In this document: in pieces, positions 9,760-18,875 of the stretch
Layout of the letters: each line of letters opens with the position of its first letter
How positions within the stretch are numbered: position 1 is the stretch's first letter
Source: a virus
Taxonomy: Duplodnaviria; Caudoviricetes
Length of the DNA stretch: 64,000 bases
Reading direction: 5' to 3' (one strand)
IMG/VR virus record: IMGVR_UViG_3300035670_000009
Coordinates: 32,001-96,000 of that record
Made by a program: the position numbers and the translations under genes
Notes under the pieces: generated by a model
What the model was told of the DNA's origin: nothing
The model's input: the letters and a program-made list of their open reading frames with translations, nothing else
The model's database searches: none

Positions 9760-10593
9760 TCATTGGGGATGCGTGCCGCGGCAGTTTAGGCATACCGTGC
9801 CATCGTCGTCGTGTTCGAAGAATCCCATATTAACGCACTGTGTGCATTCGCGCTGGACAAGGCTTTTGGGATAAATGCCCGCGGGGCACTCATCTTGCCC
9901 AACCCAGCATTTATCGCAGTCATGCTGGTAGCCGCGCGGACACGGCTTCGCCCGGCAGCGAACCTCGATCTTTGGTTTGTTTTGCGCAAGCAGCCCGCTG
10001 GAATTGCTCACTGTCTGAAAATAGGGCGCGTCCGTACTGCGGCCTGCCTCGATGTGGGCGAAAAACATCAATCCCATAAAATACGTCGGCGACTTGTAGG
10101 GGTAGAGCCCGCGCGACGAAGAAAAGCCGAGCGTGCGCGAAATTGCGCGACAGCTGCGCAAGCTGAAGAACTGCGAGAACACCATCGGACAAGGCGTGCC
10201 CGCCAGTGCCCGCACATCCATAATGTAGCCCAGGCTATTACGCCGTTTGTCTGGGCGCATACGCTCTACGCGCACCGGTACGATCTCGTCTTTAATTTGT
10301 CGCGTCCATGGAAGCACCCGTTCGCCGCGGACAAGACTATCAACGTTTCCGGCCAGCCGCCAGGCGAGGTCCCGCGCCTCCCGGTGGCTGAGCGTTGTGC
10401 CCGCGAGAACACGCAATGACTCAAAAAGCGCGTGACGCGAGGCGGTCTCTGGGAGCTCGCGCAAAATGTCGTTACAAACATCCGTGACGGTCTCGCCCAC
10501 GAGTCGCGCGCCTACGTACGGCCGCAGCGCATGAGCAAAAAGACGGTCACGCCGGAGCCGCACGCGAGAGAAGCTGAACCCTTTGACTTTCAT
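9760..10593 (-). CDS. Hypothetical protein with C-terminal Cys clusters (Zn-binding)
   Basis: 277 aa; CRAKPCP...CDKC...C, CTQC...CLNC. Confidence 0.65.
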   Translation of the reverse strand: MKVKGFSFSRVRLRRDRLFAHALRPYVGARLVGETVTDVCNDILRELPETASRHALFESLRVLAGTTLSHREARDLAWRLAGNVDSLVRGERVLPWTRQIKDEIVPVRVERMRPDKRRNSLGYIMDVRALAGTPCPMVFSQFFSLRSCRAISRTLGFSSSRGLYPYKSPTYFMGLMFFAHIEAGRSTDAPYFQTVSNSSGLLAQNKPKIEVRCRAKPCPRGYQHDCDKCWVGQDECPAGIYPKSLVQRECTQCVNMGFFEHDDDGTVCLNCRGTHPQ

Positions 10594-11024
10594 GATGCAC
10601 CGTTGCGTTGGGCGTTTACGGCGTACTGCGCACGGCTACAGACTGCTTCAATGACCTCAGCTGCCTCGCGAGCACGCGCAGCCTGATCGCGGATAAGCGC
10701 GATTAGGCGATCGGTTTCCTGTGAAAGCAACGGTGCAAGATCGCCTACACGTTTTACTGCGCGGAGCACGGCTGTAGTTTCCTTGCCGTTTACCTGAAAC
10801 GCGATAGTGATCTTGTTAATATCGACGTGATCTGGAATCGGGTCACTGTCGTGCAACCCGTTGAGCTGGCTAGTCAGCGCGCGCAGCGCGTCGTATGCCT
10901 GATAGGCGTCAACGATCCGAGGGCCTGCCGCGGAAATTGCGCTGGCTGGGTCGTTGGCTGCGGGAGCCGCTGCGCTTGCAGTTTCCAGCGCCGAAGCAGG
11001 CAAAGAAAGCGGAATCTTGACCAT
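10590..11024 (-). CDS. Hypothetical protein
   Basis: 144 aa; coupled to its neighbours. Confidence 0.65.
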   Translation of the reverse strand: MVKIPLSLPASALETASAAAPAANDPASAISAAGPRIVDAYQAYDALRALTSQLNGLHDSDPIPDHVDINKITIAFQVNGKETTAVLRAVKRVGDLAPLLSQETDRLIALIRDQAARAREAAEVIEAVCSRAQYAVNAQRNGAS

Positions 11025-11027
11025 GGT

Positions 11028-11429
11028 TCACTCCGTGATGATGGCAAATCCGACCCAGTTGCAAATGCTGACGCACTCCTGCGTGTCAGGGTCGTAACGC
11101 AGTTCAACCGGAACGCCGGTCACGATGTACAACTCGGTGATCGGCGTCGGCAAATAGCTGGCGCAGGACAACCCCAGCTGCAACATGAACGCCAAGGCCT
11201 TGTCGCCTTTGGGGCTGAGCGTGTACGGAAACAGGGGAATCCGAATGTACTCGTCGTGCTCAGTTTTGGCCCAATGCGGCGCGGTGCCGGACACCAACGG
11301 GTCTGCGAGCACCACCCATTTGCGTTTATCTTCTTTGCGCGACCGAATCAGCGCAGGGCGAAAGGGCTGCTCACGCGGCCAGCGCTCGCGCGTCTCGATA
11401 AGGTCGACGGTTTCGACTGTCAGTTTCAT
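11028..11429 (-). CDS. Hypothetical protein
   Basis: 133 aa; coupled to its neighbours. Confidence 0.65.
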   Translation of the reverse strand: MKLTVETVDLIETRERWPREQPFRPALIRSRKEDKRKWVVLADPLVSGTAPHWAKTEHDEYIRIPLFPYTLSPKGDKALAFMLQLGLSCASYLPTPITELYIVTGVPVELRYDPDTQECVSICNWVGFAIITE

Positions 11430-11614
11430 GATTTGACCTTCGTGCTACCGCGCCTGTACCGCGGTTCATAAGGGCAGTTCTGACAGCCAGAGCCGCAGCA
11501 CTTACCTTGGGCCAGAAGCGCCTGGCGTGGGAGCGGGCGAGGGCCGATAGCGAAAGCCGATCGGCGCCTCGTTGTGCCCGCGGCGGGGCGCTTTGCTTTC
11601 GACCCCTTTTTCAT
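11426..11614 (-). CDS. DUF5522-like small Cys-rich protein, overlapping the upstream glycosyltransferase in the +1 frame
   Basis: LPRQALLAQGKCCGSGCQNCPYEPRY motif; nearest in-frame ATG (11614) lies inside the upstream gene. Confidence 0.5.
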   Translation of the reverse strand: MKKGSKAKRPAAGTTRRRSAFAIGPRPLPRQALLAQGKCCGSGCQNCPYEPRYRRGSTKVKS

Positions 11615-12269
11615 TGGCGTTAATCCAAACTGAGTCACGAAAGTGAGAAATCGGCACGTCTTGCTGGCCGCATAGCGCGCCCAGCATAACGTCGCCTCCT
11701 CGATGCCGCAGGTCTCGCGGCGGCCAGTCGTGCAACAAAAGCAGACTAGAACGCGCCACCCACCAGCCGCCCGTAATAAACTTGACATACGGCGGAATGG
11801 CCCTTCCCGTATACCATGGCTGGTCTTTAATCCACCGCGGTTGGTCGCCTAACAGCCGCTGCCTGTAAAGCGATCCGACCATGGCGTACGTGTCGAGCAA
11901 ATTCTTAACCCTTGGCCACCACGTTGCCACGTCGCAGTTCGGCGCCAGACAAGAGTCGTCGTCGAACCACATCGTAAGCGGCGCACGAAGCGGCCGGTCA
12001 TACAGCATCCGGCGCATGATGGGGTATTTGAAAATGTTGCCGTCGGGCTCGACCCACACGTGTGTGTGAAAGTCGCGCTCTGCGGCCTCGCGCACGTACG
12101 CCTTGGTCTTCTCGCCGACAGCGTTGAAGCCAAACCGGAACTCGACGTTTTGCTTAGCCAGGGCGCGCATCGGTGCATTAAGCACTCTTTGTGCGAGCGG
12201 CAGGCAAATGTCATCTTCTCCGTAGAAGAGCACGCACACGCAAAGTTCAGGAGTTGCGTCACACGCCAT
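11502..12269 (-). CDS. Glycosyltransferase GT-A-like
   Basis: MWFDDDS (DxD), FITGGWW, HRGGDVMLG. Confidence 0.7.
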   Translation of the reverse strand: MACDATPELCVCVLFYGEDDICLPLAQRVLNAPMRALAKQNVEFRFGFNAVGEKTKAYVREAAERDFHTHVWVEPDGNIFKYPIMRRMLYDRPLRAPLTMWFDDDSCLAPNCDVATWWPRVKNLLDTYAMVGSLYRQRLLGDQPRWIKDQPWYTGRAIPPYVKFITGGWWVARSSLLLLHDWPPRDLRHRGGDVMLGALCGQQDVPISHFRDSVWINANEKGVESKAPRRGHNEAPIGFRYRPSPAPTPGASGPR

Positions 12270-12303
12270 CGTGGCCGTCCTTGGCTAAATTCGCGCGGGG
12301 ACG

Positions 12304-12852
12304 CTAAATGCGCGCGTTTTGTAGTTTGCTTTTAGCAATTGCTACAGGAAGCACCACAGGCTGCACGCGAGAGCGACTGAGAAGGTTTACCGCTTCCGTC
12401 ATGTCCGTTTTGGCAACGGAACCACCCTCCCGAACCGCCTTCACCATGTTCTGCATTAGCGTTACAAACTTGTTGCGATCCTTGGCTACGCTAAAACAAA
12501 ACCGCACAGAAAACTGCGTTACAGACTTGCCCGCGTGCTCGTCAATGACAGCATGACGTTCCCACGCTTGGCCTTTCTTATCGCGGGTGTAAACCAGCGA
12601 AAGGCGGCCGAGCAAATCGTACACCAATAACAGCGGCGATTTATCCACGTCGTCGTTGAGCGAAAAGACGTGCGGATGCTCGGTCGTTGGCACGAGCGGC
12701 AAACTAGGCGCGGTCTTCTCGTCCAGCGGAACACGGAAAAAGTGCGTCGCGACAGTTCGCTCGCCCGCGACGTCATTGTTGACGAGCATGCTCGCCTCCA
12801 ACACGTTGACGCCGGGCTCGATGACCACAGGGATTTCACGAACAAAGAACAT
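12304..12852 (-). CDS. Hypothetical protein
   Basis: 182-aa ORF. Confidence 0.65.
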   Translation of the reverse strand: MFFVREIPVVIEPGVNVLEASMLVNNDVAGERTVATHFFRVPLDEKTAPSLPLVPTTEHPHVFSLNDDVDKSPLLLVYDLLGRLSLVYTRDKKGQAWERHAVIDEHAGKSVTQFSVRFCFSVAKDRNKFVTLMQNMVKAVREGGSVAKTDMTEAVNLLSRSRVQPVVLPVAIAKSKLQNARI

Positions 12853-12861
12853 GAGGAAGCC

Positions 12862-13836
12862 TCAGCGGGTGATTTTGTTTTTGCGCCGAGTCGCGGCGGC
12901 GGCCGCTGCGGCGCGCCGTGCACTAGTCGTAAGATCTGAATCGCTCTCCTCTTCTTCGTCCTGCTCAGCAGGTTCCAGGGCCTCGCAAGCCTTGTTGAAC
13001 ATGCCAACGTGATCGCCCACTACGTCTGAGAGCTTGGTAAGCATCTCACCAATTTCTTCCCAGTGTTGCTGGGCCACGCCGTCTCGCTTGGTGGGCGAGG
13101 TGTTTACGTAGTCGTCGTAGATGTTCTCGTCACCCAACCAGAGGCTTTCAGAACGGCCAATAAACCGCCGCAAATGCTGCAGCAGGTCGTGGAGCTGGTT
13201 TTTGATGCCCTTGGGCGCCTGGTGGTTCCGGCCACCCTTGCTCTTCTTGCCGCGCACTTCCTGCAGTTCAACGGCAAGCGTTTTGGCCGGAAGAGCCTCT
13301 TCTGCGCACTTTTCTTCGAGAGCCGCGCGCTTGTCGTCGTCTGAAATTTGGCTGAGCAGCTGGACGTGCGACATCGTCAAACGCCACCGCGGCGCGGACG
13401 GGCAACGCATTTCCAGCAGGCGCTGCAGCTGTCGTTCACCTGCGTACCGCTCGTAAAACGTTTCCGCCGACCGCATTTGATCTGCGGTGTAAATCGGAGC
13501 AAAAACAGAGATCAGCAGCGATGCGGCGTCGACATGCGCCGTCTTCTGTTCAGCTGTAAGGTACGTGTCGGGGTTTTCCGATACCTCACGAATAAGCCGC
13601 CCGATATTCCAGAATGACGTCAGGCTTACGGCGTGCGCCTCGCCGAACAACCCTTCGATCTGGCGAACGACTGTCTGCATGTTGGGCGCCAAATCAGGCG
13701 CATTTGCGATACGCGTGGCCGCCGCCGTTTGTGCAACAACCATTGCATTAGATTTACGAGCCATAGAAACCTCCTTTAATGAATAACCCGTTTCTACTTC
13801 TTGCTCTGATAAAGTCAAGACAATTTTCAAGATCAA
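12862..13836 (-). CDS. DUF1016/YhcG N-terminal-like putative DNA-binding protein
   Basis: SFWNIGRLI...AETFYERY...LTMSHVQLLSQISDDDKR pattern; true start may be 13764 (MARKS). Confidence 0.45.
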   Translation of the reverse strand: MILKIVLTLSEQEVETGYSLKEVSMARKSNAMVVAQTAAATRIANAPDLAPNMQTVVRQIEGLFGEAHAVSLTSFWNIGRLIREVSENPDTYLTAEQKTAHVDAASLLISVFAPIYTADQMRSAETFYERYAGERQLQRLLEMRCPSAPRWRLTMSHVQLLSQISDDDKRAALEEKCAEEALPAKTLAVELQEVRGKKSKGGRNHQAPKGIKNQLHDLLQHLRRFIGRSESLWLGDENIYDDYVNTSPTKRDGVAQQHWEEIGEMLTKLSDVVGDHVGMFNKACEALEPAEQDEEEESDSDLTTSARRAAAAAAATRRKNKITR

Positions 13837-14996
13837 GCAGAATCGCCCGGTTTTCGACCCTTCCGAATTTTTGGCGTCATCATTTCCATTGCTGCCATCT
13901 GCAATCGATCTCGCGAGGCGGCGGGCTCGTCGCGAGCGAAGCGCAGCAACGAACAGACCAGGTCATAGGCTGTGCGCGCACCAAGAACACTGTGCGTATA
14001 GACCTCAGTCGGGTCGCGAGGATCCAGATCTGCGCCGACCATTGCTGCGTTTTTAACGATTGTTTTGGCGTCGTCGCGCAGCAGGCCACGCCGTACAAGC
14101 TGTTCCACCCACTGGCCGACAACGTCGTTGAACTTCTCCGTGTCGTCAGTCAGCCCGAGCGGCGTTGCTTGTAGCTTGCCCAGTTGCGCCACAATACGCG
14201 GCATATCCAGCTCGCGAACGACGGCCTTGGCGACAAGCATGTTTGTACGCCCGGCCAAATCTGCGCCCACGTGGCTCATACGGGCGTTGTTTCTGGGCCG
14301 TTCCAACGCAGGGCCAAAACGCGTCAGCAAGCAAAGCACGGCGCTAATCGCTTTGTGTCGGTCTTCGCTATTGTTGAAAGACCAGCCCGCGGCAATCGTG
14401 TGCCGTGAATCTCGATAGATATCTTTCCGCTGACTGGTCGGGTCGATGTAGAACACGCGCAACGCGCGGCCAACAAGCTCGGCTCGCTGAAAACGGGCCG
14501 TCGGCTGCTGGGCCTGCATCTCGTTAACGACAATCTCCAAGAACGCGCTATTGTCGAGCATGCGATGATTCAAACCCAAGAACCCCTCGACGACGCGTTC
14601 GCGGTGATCGACCAGAAGCGTCCGCTCACGCACGGCGTCAATTCGAGTGCGGGCAACAAGGTTAAACAGACTGACCGCGGCTTGCAGGCTCGGCTCTGCT
14701 TCTTGATTTGCACTAATGCGCTGCTCGCCCGCCACTTCGCTGAAAACGCTGGCAAGGCCTGGCGCTAAACCGGTCGCCAGCGCCTGAAAGCCCAGGTAGT
14801 TAAACCGGTAGCCGTTTTCTGCCAGGCGGCCGTCAGGCGCCATGAGAAGCTGCTCGACATCTGAGATGGGCACGCAGTCCGTGTGCTCGCTGCGCTGCGC
14901 AAGAAACTGTTGCAGATCGTTCAGCTGCTGGGAGTTAAAAGCCAGCGCCGTGACGGGCGCAAAAATCGATCGGTTACGAATTGTAGCGCCAGCCAT
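13833..14996 (-). CDS. DUF932-like phage protein
   Basis: HRMLDNSAFLE...GWSFNNSED pattern resembles the DUF932 family; weak. Confidence 0.4.
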   Translation of the reverse strand: MAGATIRNRSIFAPVTALAFNSQQLNDLQQFLAQRSEHTDCVPISDVEQLLMAPDGRLAENGYRFNYLGFQALATGLAPGLASVFSEVAGEQRISANQEAEPSLQAAVSLFNLVARTRIDAVRERTLLVDHRERVVEGFLGLNHRMLDNSAFLEIVVNEMQAQQPTARFQRAELVGRALRVFYIDPTSQRKDIYRDSRHTIAAGWSFNNSEDRHKAISAVLCLLTRFGPALERPRNNARMSHVGADLAGRTNMLVAKAVVRELDMPRIVAQLGKLQATPLGLTDDTEKFNDVVGQWVEQLVRRGLLRDDAKTIVKNAAMVGADLDPRDPTEVYTHSVLGARTAYDLVCSLLRFARDEPAASRDRLQMAAMEMMTPKIRKGRKPGDSA

Positions 14997-15010
14997 CCAT
15001 GCGCCTTCAG

Positions 15011-15553
15011 TTAGAGCGAGAACCAGTCTAACCCGATGGTTTTGAATAAGTGTTTAGTGGGGCACGTTGCAATTTCGAGGCGGCCGTCTTCGTCTCGCAA
15101 TTGAAACGACGGGCCGGACACGTTGTAGTCCAAATTGTGAGCACAATAGAACGTACGCACCACTGGAAACACGAAAATCCAACGATTATCTGTGCCGTTA
15201 ACGGCGTCTGTGGCCAGCGATTTAGTCACCGCTTTTACAAGTCGATTCTTGTCATGCGGCCTAAAAAGTGCCTGAAAATCCAGCTCGTGAAGTCGAGGAA
15301 CCCGCCGCCCGTGAAGCCGCCCTGGAAATCCGCGAAACGTATGATTAAACCAAGCAAAGTTCAGTTTGTTCTGACCTGTTTCGCGACGACACGCGTTCGC
15401 CATAAAACTCCAGCCAGTAATCTTGATGCCGCATTCGGCAAAAACGCGTTTGATGACGCGCTCTTCGTAGTCGAGCTGCCGTTGTTGGCGGCGGAGCTCG
15501 TCCTGCGCAGTGTCCTCACGGCGGAGGTTGTCAAAGAAGTTGTCACGGTTCAT
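15011..15553 (-). CDS. Hypothetical protein
   Basis: 180 aa. Confidence 0.65.
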   Translation of the reverse strand: MNRDNFFDNLRREDTAQDELRRQQRQLDYEERVIKRVFAECGIKITGWSFMANACRRETGQNKLNFAWFNHTFRGFPGRLHGRRVPRLHELDFQALFRPHDKNRLVKAVTKSLATDAVNGTDNRWIFVFPVVRTFYCAHNLDYNVSGPSFQLRDEDGRLEIATCPTKHLFKTIGLDWFSL

Positions 15554-15885
15554 CAGGTCGCCTGCGCGGGTTGCTCCGGTTCCTTCTTCAGCAGCTCGCC
15601 CTGTGGTTTCTCGGACTTGTGTTGGCGTTCACGCCGGACACGCCGCTTGAGCGTTTCGATTTCGCGCTGCAGCGCATTCACCTTCGTCGCCATAGTCCAA
15701 AGCGCGAACTTGATGTCGGCTATGTGCGGAATTTCAGGCCCGTCCTCAATGTCCATTTCAAACTGCTCAAGCATGAGCCCGCGACACACGCCAATAATCA
15801 AATCCGGTTCTGCGTCTTTCCGCAGCAAATGACTCAGCTGCTGATACGGAGTCATCTCGTGCGACTTGTGCTTTGTGGTTGCCAT
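15553..15885 (-). CDS. Hypothetical protein
   Basis: 110 aa from ATG 15885 (MATTK). Confidence 0.6.
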   Translation of the reverse strand: MATTKHKSHEMTPYQQLSHLLRKDAEPDLIIGVCRGLMLEQFEMDIEDGPEIPHIADIKFALWTMATKVNALQREIETLKRRVRRERQHKSEKPQGELLKKEPEQPAQAT

Positions 15886-15901
15886 ACAAACCTTTCTATA
15901 A

Positions 15902-17275
15902 CTAACTGACCTGCCCCAGAGGATCAAAATCCGCCGGAATCACATCTTCGGTCATGCGAGATTCGCTCGCGCGCAACTCGGGCTCATCGACGATGTTTTG
16001 CTTGGCCAGTTCGGCCATCACCTGTTCGCGATAACGCACTGCTGGGTCGCACACCAGATAGTCATTTACACCCAGAAGCCCGTGAAGCACGCCCATTACC
16101 TTGGTGTTCTTCTCGAGCACCATGGCGATGTCGACCTCAGACAGGGCTTCTTGTTTGGATACGCCCAAAGCCTCGGACCAGACCAGCGGCACGTCGGCGT
16201 TTTTGGTGCCGTGCTTGTACTCCAGATCACACACCTGCCGGAGCAGCGCCGGAAGCTTGGGGTCCATGCCCGCCGGGAGCTTCTTGTTGTTCTCGTCCTG
16301 CAGCTCTATGAGGAGCCGGATCGTGGCGGTGTGCCAGTCCCAGTAGTGGAACTGCTGATTCTTGAACGTGTCCTCGCCGTTTTTGTCTTTAGCGGGCACG
16401 ATCTCGTTGTACCACATGAGATTAACTACAACTTTGCGCCCAGGCGCGCCGAGATTGTTTTTGGTCGCCGTGATGCGCACCGCCTGGCCTTCGGCCCGGC
16501 CGAACTGAAGCGTCTTGCTCGAGGTGCGTTGCATATCAAGAATCAAGGTCGGATAGTAGTCGAGACTGGCGCCGCCGGGAGCGTATTTCTTGGGCGGGCC
16601 AAACCCCATGGAGTTGATTTCCTCCTTGAGGTGGTTGGTAGCCACGAACGCGATCGGGTAATGCCGCAGGGTGGGCACCAGCGCCGTGCGCATAAAATCC
16701 GATAGGTTGCGGGCCAGGTACGGGTGACCTGCCGCCGCGTGCCCCTCTTCGGCCACCTTGTCGACGCGACGATCGACCTCCACGGCCGAGATCGAGTCGA
16801 TGCCGATGCACACGGGAAAAGCCTTGTCGGCGTTGTCGGCCTGCGCGTGGATCTTCTGGCAGAAACCCATGTACTTCTTTTGCCAGTCTTCGACCGACTG
16901 CGCTTTCACGCAGAACGTGCGCTTCTTGTAGTCGGCGTTGTGCCCCATGATGCCCTCGAGCATCGTCTCGGAGTTCTTGTTCTCCGTGTCAATCAGGATT
17001 GCGCCGCCGCCGTAGACGTTAAACCAGCGCATGATCTCCATGAGCAACGCAGACTTACCGGCAGAGAACTCGCCGCGAAGCTGTGTAAACCGCGAGAGCG
17101 GAAAGATGTTGGCCTGAAGCAAGTACCGCGCAGCCAACGACGGCAACGGCAAACCGATTAGTGGATCCTGGTCCTCGGCATTCGCCTTGAGAACTTCCGT
17201 GATCGCGGGGTGCTCCCCGTTCCTCGTTTGAAGGCTAATTCCTTCTTCTTCCGTCGCCTTTTTACGTTTTGCCAT
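15902..17275 (-). CDS. RecA/UvsX-like recombinase
   Basis: Walker A GEFSAGKS, LIDTE, Walker B IGIDSIS, NHLKE, YAPGGASLDYY, KNNLGAP; RBS GAGGAG. Confidence 0.9.
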   Translation of the reverse strand: MAKRKKATEEEGISLQTRNGEHPAITEVLKANAEDQDPLIGLPLPSLAARYLLQANIFPLSRFTQLRGEFSAGKSALLMEIMRWFNVYGGGAILIDTENKNSETMLEGIMGHNADYKKRTFCVKAQSVEDWQKKYMGFCQKIHAQADNADKAFPVCIGIDSISAVEVDRRVDKVAEEGHAAAGHPYLARNLSDFMRTALVPTLRHYPIAFVATNHLKEEINSMGFGPPKKYAPGGASLDYYPTLILDMQRTSSKTLQFGRAEGQAVRITATKNNLGAPGRKVVVNLMWYNEIVPAKDKNGEDTFKNQQFHYWDWHTATIRLLIELQDENNKKLPAGMDPKLPALLRQVCDLEYKHGTKNADVPLVWSEALGVSKQEALSEVDIAMVLEKNTKVMGVLHGLLGVNDYLVCDPAVRYREQVMAELAKQNIVDEPELRASESRMTEDVIPADFDPLGQVS

Positions 17276-17316
17276 AACTCCCTCAAAAACCGCCGCGCAC
17301 TACACAGTGCTGACAG

Positions 17317-17366
17317 TAGGCTGTGAAAAACACCAACACAGTGCCCGCGCGGGACCGCTGTGTCTA
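17317..17366 (-). terminator. Putative intrinsic terminator after the SSB-like gene
   Basis: Minus-strand hairpin ACACAG-cggt-CCCGCGCGGG-ca-CTGTGT followed by TGGTGTTTTT. Confidence 0.4.
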
Positions 17367-17375
17367 ATCAGACGT

Positions 17376-18824
17376 TCAGCGCTTACGGGCCGAAGCTGCC
17401 TGCCGCGCTTTAGCGATGATGTCTTGAACATTCGCAACCGGGCGCGGAGTTGCCGCGGGCGTCGACGGAGGCGTTGCGTCAGCCGCAGAAGAGAACATCT
17501 CATCAACGCCTGCAGCTTCATCGTCAGTCAGCTCGCCCGGCACATTAAACGGCACAGACTGGGCGGTAGCGGCGGCGGGCGCGACGCCAGTCGCTTTGGT
17601 TTGATTCACCGGCGGCGAGAACGGCTGGACTGCCGCACGGCGTGGCGCGACTTCCGGTTCCTCCAGATTCTCGACGTCGCAGTCGCTCATATCGACCGTC
17701 GTCGTACCGCGCGGGAGCGTCCGCAGATACTGCGGGAACTCCTGCCAAGCGAACTGCAACGCCTCTCTGGGAAACGCCTTGGACAGCATTTCAGCCTGCT
17801 CTTCGTACGTGGGAATAAACATGTATTCGTCCCACGACTGCGTCTCGGTAACAAGCTGCTCGGCGTAGGGCTCGAGCGACACCGGGTGCCCGTTGTAGGC
17901 ATCGTGAATCACCACACGGTGCGTCATTGAGCTCGGCTGCGCGCAGCTGCCCACAATCACAGGCGTTTGCTGCTGCGCGTACTTCGGAATCTGCACGCCC
18001 GTGAGACCCTGAACCGACATCGCCGTAGCGTTCTTGACGTTGTGCCCGTTTGTGAAACCCTCGGGCACAAATGTGATCAGTTTGGCGGCCCCAAAGCTGA
18101 GCATGTCACCCGTGAGGTACTCGCCGGTCGCTTCGTCACGAACGGCCAATGCCGAGTAAAGCGCTTGAGCGGCCGAGGTCTTCAGGCCGATAATCCGGGC
18201 GTTCTTCTTCTGGTCTTCGCCGAACGTCAGCAGTGTGGGACGGCCCATTTCATCGAGGCCCACGGCCGAGGCCGACACGAACAACGTCTTCTCCGGCTTG
18301 CGGAGCGAACCGACGTGCGACTTGGGCACAAAGTTTTTCGACAGCAGTTCGGCGTAGAGCCGACCGATGCCCGGGGTGTCCTGATTCTTGTACGCCGTGT
18401 TGCGCAGGACGTGATAAGGCGACTCATACATGTCCAGATCGGGGTTGCCGTCGTGGATGATGAAGCACACGCCCGGGTTGCCGACCCAGTTGGCGCAGGT
18501 ATAGAGTCGCGACCAGTCGCCGAATGCGGCGTCGTCTCGACCTTCACGAAAATTGACAAACTGCCGATTACCGGCAGCGTCCTTGTTGGTCTCGTCATAA
18601 ATCGGCAAAAGACGAATGGTGAAGCCGTTGGCGAACAAATCCGCGCCCTGAGCTACCAGGACGTTGTTCTGCTTGCCGTATGCGTAGCGGCGTTTGGCTG
18701 GGTCGCCGCCACCGCCGCCCGAGCCGATACCGTGCGCCTTGCGGTACTCCGGATCGATGGCGGCCAGATTTTGAGAAGCGTATCGGGGCATATGTGCCAC
18801 TCCTTCGAGAATGCCATGTTTCAA
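17376..18824 (-). CDS. Putative single-stranded DNA-binding protein (gp32-like by position)
   Basis: 482 aa between PolA and RecA; disordered acidic/Pro-rich tail ending VQDIIAKARQAASARKR. Positional inference. Confidence 0.45.
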   Translation of the reverse strand: MKHGILEGVAHMPRYASQNLAAIDPEYRKAHGIGSGGGGGDPAKRRYAYGKQNNVLVAQGADLFANGFTIRLLPIYDETNKDAAGNRQFVNFREGRDDAAFGDWSRLYTCANWVGNPGVCFIIHDGNPDLDMYESPYHVLRNTAYKNQDTPGIGRLYAELLSKNFVPKSHVGSLRKPEKTLFVSASAVGLDEMGRPTLLTFGEDQKKNARIIGLKTSAAQALYSALAVRDEATGEYLTGDMLSFGAAKLITFVPEGFTNGHNVKNATAMSVQGLTGVQIPKYAQQQTPVIVGSCAQPSSMTHRVVIHDAYNGHPVSLEPYAEQLVTETQSWDEYMFIPTYEEQAEMLSKAFPREALQFAWQEFPQYLRTLPRGTTTVDMSDCDVENLEEPEVAPRRAAVQPFSPPVNQTKATGVAPAAATAQSVPFNVPGELTDDEAAGVDEMFSSAADATPPSTPAATPRPVANVQDIIAKARQAASARKR

Positions 18825-18875
18825 ATGGCGGTGTGAAATCGCAGTCTAACTCGGAAAACCAGAAAGTCCAGATGA

